DNA from: an uncultured Gammaproteobacteria bacterium | GTDB lineage: Bacteria; Patescibacteriota; Patescibacteriia; UBA9570; XYC2-FULL-38-9 | Reading direction: 5' to 3' | Assembly: GCA_964492735.1 (NCBI GenBank) | Contig: CAZBLE010000001.1 | Span: forward strand, 13,218-77,217 | Length of the DNA stretch: 64,000 bases | Shown: positions 59,161-64,000 of the stretch, piece after piece | Layout: each line of letters opens with the position of its first letter | Numbering within the stretch: the first letter of the stretch is position 1 | Translations under genes and position numbers: made by a program | The notes under the pieces: model-generated | The model's database searches: none | The model's input: only the letters and a program-made list of their open reading frames with translations | Told to the model about the DNA's origin: nothing

Positions 59161-59712
59161 TTACACGTCTACATCGCTTAGATTGCGCCCTTCTTCTACG
59201 AGTAATTTCTTTTCTGATTTATCCACCTGCGGTGCTGTTGGCAAGATCTGCACATCAATCTTTGGTGTCATGTGATATCGCTGGGCAATATGCTCGGCCG
59301 CAAAATCAGCCATTGTTTGTTGAAGCGAGTTTAGTAGCCCTGCATCAACACCCTTCACATGTGTAAACACCACAACTGTTGCGTCCATTGTTTTTGAGCC
59401 CACCAGTGGAGCATGAAACTGAATTTGCACATCTACCCTGCCTTTGGCTACATCAGTCAAATGATATTCAATCGTTTTTTGTGCGATACCCCACTGATCT
59501 ACTGCTGCTTCTAGCAACAAAAATCCAATACGTTGCTCAACGTGTACTGCATCTGCACCTTCTCCAGCTGTCCATGATTCTACTTGTGGTTCTGCTAATG
59601 ATTCATCGACTACGGTTGGTTCTGGTGGAAGGTGCTCAAATAACAGTGCAGTTGAGAAATGAGTGCGTTCTCGCTCCCCTTCTTGAGTTGGTGTTCTAAA
59701 ATATTCAGACAT
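59161..59712 (-). CDS. Hypothetical protein
   Basis: 183 aa acidic ORF; no domain recognised. Confidence 0.4.
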   Translation of the reverse strand: MSEYFRTPTQEGERERTHFSTALLFEHLPPEPTVVDESLAEPQVESWTAGEGADAVHVEQRIGFLLLEAAVDQWGIAQKTIEYHLTDVAKGRVDVQIQFHAPLVGSKTMDATVVVFTHVKGVDAGLLNSLQQTMADFAAEHIAQRYHMTPKIDVQILPTAPQVDKSEKKLLVEEGRNLSDVDV

Positions 59713-59765
59713 AGAACATCAGCATACGGGAATTTAACCAGATATACAACACAGCTCAACGTGCG

Positions 59766-61556
59766 CTACTCAATATCCTCGACTTCTGGAATATAACCAC
59801 CAGCTTGCAGACTCCATAATTTGTGATACAGACCACCATTCTTCAATAACTCTTCATGTGTTCCCTGCTCTGAGACCACACCCTTGTTAATGACTGCGAT
59901 GTTGTCTGAATGCATAATCGTCGATAAGCGATGTGCGATAATCACCACTGTTCGCTCTTTCATGAGATTCTCGAGCGCTGCTTGAATTTCTTGCTCAGAT
60001 GCTGAATCGAGACTCGATGTCGGCTCATCCAAAATCACAATCGGCGTATCCCGCAACAATGCCCGTGCAATACTAATGCGTTGTTTTTCGCCACCACTGA
60101 GTTTCACACCACGTTCTCCAACCATTGTCTTGTATCCATCCGGCAGCGTCATGATAAATTCATGGATGTGCGCAAGTTTCGCAACTCGTTCAATGTCTTC
60201 TTGACTGGCGTTTTCTTGACCATACGCAATATTGTAGCCAATGGTTTCATTGAACAGCGCGGTTTCTTGCGGCACAATCGACAATTGTTCACGAAGCGAT
60301 AATTGTGTGACATCAACAATAGGTTGACCATCAATCATAATCGATCCAGACTGCGGATCGTAAAACCGATACAGTAATTTGACAATCGTTGACTTCCCGA
60401 CTCCGGATGGACCCACCAACGCAATGCTACTGCGTGGCGCAACCTCGAGGGTTAAACCTTTCATGATCTGTTTTGTGTCAGAATAGCCAAATTCAACGTC
60501 TACAAACGAAATCGCACCGTCAGTCACTTGCAACCGCTCAGCATTCGGAGCATCAATAATTTCTTGACCTTCTTCAAAGTAGGCAAAAAATTTATTCGCA
60601 TCTGTCACACCTTCAATAAACCTGCGAATATTCCATTGCACTTCCCATAAGATTCCAGCCATCACGGTGACATATGACACAATCACCACAACAGTGGATG
60701 CGCTGGTTTGCCCGAGCTGTAAAATAGACAGCAAAATCCACAAAATCGCAGAGACCGCAATTGCCACAATTGTCATTTGAAAACTACCGACAAAAATCCA
60801 ACTGTCCCATTCCTGCAGCTTGCGACGTTTCCATTCAACGCGAGAATCTGCAAACAACCGCGCTTCATTTTCTTCTTGCTGATAATATTTCACAAGCTCC
60901 GCGTTCATGAGCGCATCAATGATTCGCCCGGTTCCTTCATCGTCTGAATCATTGGCTTTCGTGCGCTTTTTTTGGAGAGACAACGACACAACGAGTGTGA
61001 CCGTCATGAAAAAAATCACCATGAAAAAGACAATCGCAGCAAGGCGCGGATCAATCGTCCAAAAGACAATCGTCACACCTGTCACACGAATCACGAGCGG
61101 AATCCAGTTGAACATAATCGCGTCCATAATCGCTTCCAGCGCAGAAATGCCACGCGCAAATTCTTTGCTGAGCGTTCCTGTTTTACGATTACTATGAAAC
61201 CGAAATGACAAGTTGAGTACATGTTGAATGAAATTCTGTGCAGCAGAACTCATTACGTTTACTTGAAAACGATTCACCGTGTAAAACTGCAAGATAAATG
61301 CCGCGACGAGCAAACATTGCACTTGAACATAGAGCTTCAAAGAATCAAGTGCTTGAGCGCGAACCTCAGCCCCATCAATTGCGCCATCGTTAAATGACTG
61401 GAACGATTCAAGGATCTGTTTATAAATTTGTGGCTCAAACAAAATAGACAATTCGCGAACAAGAATCGCGACAAAAAAGAATGCGAACCACCAACGGTTT
61501 GCGAGCCAATATGGAAGCATTCGCTTCAAAATATCAATAATAATTTTTTTATTCAT
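59766..61556 (-). CDS. ABC exporter, fused permease plus ATPase (MsbA/type-I exporter-like)
   Basis: 6-TM N-domain; Walker A GPSGVGKST, signature LSGGEKQR, Walker B IVILDEPTSSLD, H-loop AHRLST. Confidence 0.85.
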   Translation of the reverse strand: MNKKIIIDILKRMLPYWLANRWWFAFFFVAILVRELSILFEPQIYKQILESFQSFNDGAIDGAEVRAQALDSLKLYVQVQCLLVAAFILQFYTVNRFQVNVMSSAAQNFIQHVLNLSFRFHSNRKTGTLSKEFARGISALEAIMDAIMFNWIPLVIRVTGVTIVFWTIDPRLAAIVFFMVIFFMTVTLVVSLSLQKKRTKANDSDDEGTGRIIDALMNAELVKYYQQEENEARLFADSRVEWKRRKLQEWDSWIFVGSFQMTIVAIAVSAILWILLSILQLGQTSASTVVVIVSYVTVMAGILWEVQWNIRRFIEGVTDANKFFAYFEEGQEIIDAPNAERLQVTDGAISFVDVEFGYSDTKQIMKGLTLEVAPRSSIALVGPSGVGKSTIVKLLYRFYDPQSGSIMIDGQPIVDVTQLSLREQLSIVPQETALFNETIGYNIAYGQENASQEDIERVAKLAHIHEFIMTLPDGYKTMVGERGVKLSGGEKQRISIARALLRDTPIVILDEPTSSLDSASEQEIQAALENLMKERTVVIIAHRLSTIMHSDNIAVINKGVVSEQGTHEELLKNGGLYHKLWSLQAGGYIPEVEDIE

Positions 61557-61649
61557 AGAATATATTCAATACAAGAATTCAAGAGATGCAACAAAAAGAG
61601 TTACATTACATTTATAGACGGACAACAGCTAGTCCAAAATCGCGATGGA

Positions 61650-61677
61650 ATAAGAAAAAGTAGGCTATGTGAGCCTA
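61650..61677 (-). terminator. Rho-independent terminator downstream of tRNA-Glu
   Basis: Minus strand: GTAGGCTCACATAGCCTAC hairpin followed by TTTTTCTTATT. Confidence 0.6.
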
Positions 61678-61715
61678 CCGTTTTCTGTGTATGCTGTCAA
61701 ACTCTCTCTCTCTTT

Positions 61716-61790
61716 TGGTACCCGCACGGAGAATCGAACTCCGATTGTCGGAATGAGAATCCGATGTCCTAGCCGTTAGACGATGCGGGC
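61716..61790 (-). tRNA. tRNA-Glu (anticodon CUC), with encoded CCA
   Basis: Minus strand: GCCCGCA-TC-GTCTAACGGCTAGGAC-A-TCGGA-TTCTCAT-TCCGA-CAAT-CGGAG-TTCGATT-CTCCG-TGCGGGT-A-CCA. Cloverleaf with a 7-bp acceptor stem (G.U first pair), U33, anticodon CTC, A37, TTCGATT T-loop. The D-arm closely resembles E. coli tRNA-Glu. Confidence 0.85.
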
Positions 61791-61833
61791 ATGTCTACCG
61801 GCAGCCTATCAAAGCTGGTTTTGCTTGTAAAGA

Positions 61834-62061
61834 TTAGATTGTGAAATCAACGGTCGTTTCTTCTGTTACATTATCGTTTGGCACATTAAAAGAACCTCGT
61901 TCTGATTCTTCTGTTACATCGTCTGGAACACTATCTGGCTCCACTGGTGGTTGTGGCGATGGTGCTTCTAATGGAACCCCTGTATCTGTATCGTCTTTTG
62001 GCTCTGGTGGTTTTGGGGTTCTTGGGTTTTCAATCTTGAGCGGCATTCTTGGTTCTGGCAT
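61834..62061 (-). CDS. Possible small Pro/Asp/Glu-rich disordered protein
   Basis: 75 aa ORF 19 nt downstream of gap. Low complexity; weak support. Confidence 0.25.
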   Translation of the reverse strand: MPEPRMPLKIENPRTPKPPEPKDDTDTGVPLEAPSPQPPVEPDSVPDDVTEESERGSFNVPNDNVTEETTVDFTI

Positions 62062-62079
62062 GTGTATGTAAAAAATTAT

Positions 62080-63108
62080 TTATTTTGATTTTCCAACTAA
62101 GACAGCCTGTTCAACCAAGCGATGTGAATAGCCGAATTCATTATCATACCACGCAATCACTTTCACCATATTCCCTGCAACGACATTGGTCATTTGTAAA
62201 TCAACAATCGATGAATGCTTGTTGCCAATAATATCTGAACTGACGATCGGATCATTGGTCACCGCAAGGATACCTTTCATTCCCGCACTTTCTGACGCTT
62301 TTGTGAGCGCAGCGTTTACTTCTTCGATAGTGACATTTTTTTTGAGCACGGCGGTGATGTCAGAAACTGAACCAACGGGCGTTGGGACGCGCAAAGACAA
62401 ACCATCGAAAATATTTTTTAACTCCGGAACAGTTTCAGCCGTTGCAATCGCAGCGCCTGTTGTTGTTGGAATAATGTTAATCGCAGCAGAGCGAGCACGA
62501 CGTGGATCTTTGTGAATCCCATCAACCAGATTTTGATCAGCAGTATATGAATGGACGGTTGTCATCATCGCTTTTTCAATACCAAATTCTTGCTCGAGCA
62601 CTTTCATGACAGGCGCAATGCAGTTTGTCGTACATGAAGCGTTCGACAACACGCGATCGGCTTCTGGATTTCGCTTATCATCATTCACACCAATGACAAA
62701 TGTTCCAACTGGATCACCATCTTTGGCAGGCGCAGAAATAATCACATTTTTCGCTCCGGCAGTTAAATGCTTACTCGCCCCTTCTTTATTTGTGAAGACA
62801 CCAGTACATTCAAGAACAACGTCTACCTCAAGGTCACCCCATGGCAATTGGGTTGGATCTTTTTCTGCAAACTTCCGCACTTTCACCCCATCGACAATTA
62901 AATGCCCTTCATCACTGGTCACATCGGCATCAAATGTATGGTAAATGGAATCGTATTTCAGGGCTTGCACAGCCATTTCGACAGTGTTCAAATCATTAAT
63001 CCCGACGATTTCAATTTCATCGCGATGATCTTCCCATGCGATTTTAAACGCCATTTTTCCAATTCGTCCAAATCCGTTAATCGCGACGCGTACTTTTTTG
63101 TCAGCCAT
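62080..63108 (-). CDS. gap: Glyceraldehyde-3-phosphate dehydrogenase
   Basis: Start at MADKKVRVAINGFGRIG (ATG at 63106-63108). Active-site ASCTTNC. Confidence 0.9.
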   Translation of the reverse strand: MADKKVRVAINGFGRIGKMAFKIAWEDHRDEIEIVGINDLNTVEMAVQALKYDSIYHTFDADVTSDEGHLIVDGVKVRKFAEKDPTQLPWGDLEVDVVLECTGVFTNKEGASKHLTAGAKNVIISAPAKDGDPVGTFVIGVNDDKRNPEADRVLSNASCTTNCIAPVMKVLEQEFGIEKAMMTTVHSYTADQNLVDGIHKDPRRARSAAINIIPTTTGAAIATAETVPELKNIFDGLSLRVPTPVGSVSDITAVLKKNVTIEEVNAALTKASESAGMKGILAVTNDPIVSSDIIGNKHSSIVDLQMTNVVAGNMVKVIAWYDNEFGYSHRLVEQAVLVGKSK

Positions 63109-63186
63109 ACTATTATTTTTATTAATTGATAAAAGCATTTTATCATATTTTGCGGCTAATTTCAATAGCGTGTACACTATAGAAAC

Positions 63187-63771
63187 ATGGAATTTATTCA
63201 TCTTTTACAAAGTGGGATTGTGACCTATGGCTGGATTGGCCTCTTTTTTGGTGCATTTTTCTTTGGTGAAACGGTGATTATTTCCAGCGCACTGGTTGTT
63301 TTTGCGCAAGGCCTATCTGTTCCAATTGCATTTGGCATTGCTTTTCTCGGCACGATTCTTTCAGACACTGTTTGGTTTTTACTTGGCACATCGGTTGTCC
63401 GCAAACGTCTTGAACGCAACGGGACATGGCAAAAAAATCAGCACTTTATCGCGCGACTCAATACGGTATTTGGTCGCTTCCCGTTTCTGATATTATTGGT
63501 TATTAAATTTTTGTATGGGACACGCATTCTAACAATTGTGTATTTGTCTGTTCGCAAATTACCGCTCTGGCAATTCATTGTGTTTAATGCAGCTGGCACA
63601 GTTTTGTGGCTGAGTGTATTATTCGGATTGTCATATGCAGCAGTGCATGCCGCAATTTCAATTGACGGAACGCTCAGCACGATTCAAATTGTTGTCATGA
63701 GTGCTGTTACTGTCTTTATTGTCGTGAAATTAGTAAACCTATGGATCACCAAACGCTTGGACAACAAGTAA
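63187..63771 (+). CDS. DedA/VTT-family membrane protein (second copy in the window)
   Basis: ...FLILLVIKFLYGTRILTIVYLSV... in a 4-TM VTT-domain architecture. Confidence 0.6.
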   Translation: MEFIHLLQSGIVTYGWIGLFFGAFFFGETVIISSALVVFAQGLSVPIAFGIAFLGTILSDTVWFLLGTSVVRKRLERNGTWQKNQHFIARLNTVFGRFPFLILLVIKFLYGTRILTIVYLSVRKLPLWQFIVFNAAGTVLWLSVLFGLSYAAVHAAISIDGTLSTIQIVVMSAVTVFIVVKLVNLWITKRLDNK

Positions 63772-63774
63772 GCG

Positions 63775-64000
63775 CAATTATCCCGATCTTTAATGAGGGT
63801 GATCGCGCGCGCGCAATTTTAGATGTTGTGACGCGTTTTCCATTTGCGGAAATTATTGTTGTGAACGATGGGTCAACTGACAACACCGCTGATGTTGTGC
63901 GAGAATATCCGAGCGTGCGACTCATTGACCTGCCGGTAAATGGCGGCAAAGGCGCAGCAATGAATCGAGGCGTTTTGGAAGCCGCGAGTGATATCGTCTT
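63775..64000 (+). CDS. Family-2 glycosyltransferase, N-terminal part (runs off the window end)
   Basis: Open frame from the ATG at 63775: ...SAIIPIFNEGDRA...IIVVNDGSTDNT...PVNGGKGAAMNRG... is the GT2 DxD-region signature. Not in the ORF track because it is truncated. Confidence 0.7.

Noticed and set aside
1-64000. Alternative genetic code (for example UGA recoding, as in some CPR lineages)
   Set aside because: Long housekeeping genes (ileS, dnaK, sufB, ftsI) are uninterrupted under code 11 and stop codons include TGA, so the standard code fits.
1-64000. CRISPR array, rRNA genes, integrase or transposase genes
   Set aside because: No regularly spaced short direct repeats were seen. No rRNA-like conserved stretches were seen. 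No ORF has recombinase or transposase motifs. The repeats that were found are the long 5' module, the IR hairpins and the dnaJ-3' duplication.

Overview
The window is mostly low-GC (about 40-43%) bacterial DNA with compact, often 4-nt-overlapping genes and the standard genetic code. No rRNA and no CRISPR array were seen. The gene content is mostly housekeeping and many small membrane or secreted hypothetical proteins; this suggests, by inference only, a reduced-genome lineage such as a CPR/Patescibacteria-like or similar episymbiont.

Recognisable blocks:
- trhO, a PadR/PspC pair and an AI-2E transporter.
- Two DUF4430 surface proteins, then truB and a PduO-type cobalamin adenosyltransferase.
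- A secreted NHL propeller protein.
- The dcw block ftsI-ftsL-rsmH-mraZ.
- tsaB-like, pgsA-like and pepA genes.
- The sufCBD-sufS-sufU operon.
- sua5, an orphan histidine kinase and pdaD (pyruvoyl arginine decarboxylase).
- recO and ileS.
- pgeF, kbl and tdh (threonine catabolism).
- A wecB/tagA-family glycosyltransferase.
- A heat-shock locus hrcA(CIRCE)-grpE-dnaK...dnaJ, then an ABC exporter, tRNA-Glu(CUC), gap, a DedA gene and a partial GT2 gene.

Features the housekeeping backbone does not explain:
1. Four sharply high-GC segments (about 60-67% GC): 1-1060, about 26000-26530, about 37440-38400 and about 43320-44150. Three encode secreted lipoprotein-like proteins on the minus strand; one encodes an ICMT/DUF1295-like membrane methyltransferase.
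2. Two of the high-GC lipoprotein genes share a nearly identical ~345-bp 5' module (promoter-proximal region, ~240-nt 5'UTR and the first 32 codons, i.e. signal peptide and lipobox). The mature domains are unrelated. Each gene has its own terminator. This looks like a conserved expression/secretion module on variable cargo, analogous to mycoplasma variable surface lipoprotein families.
3. The dnaK-dnaJ interval carries a 1.15-kb low-GC two-gene cassette flanked by ~82-nt inverted repeats; each repeat is itself a long hairpin. Three tandem paralogous small membrane-protein genes follow the cassette.
4. A GDPD-family gene is flanked by ~68-72-bp direct repeats that are a duplicated 3' end of dnaJ. 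This is an att-like signature of insertion into the dnaJ 3' end.
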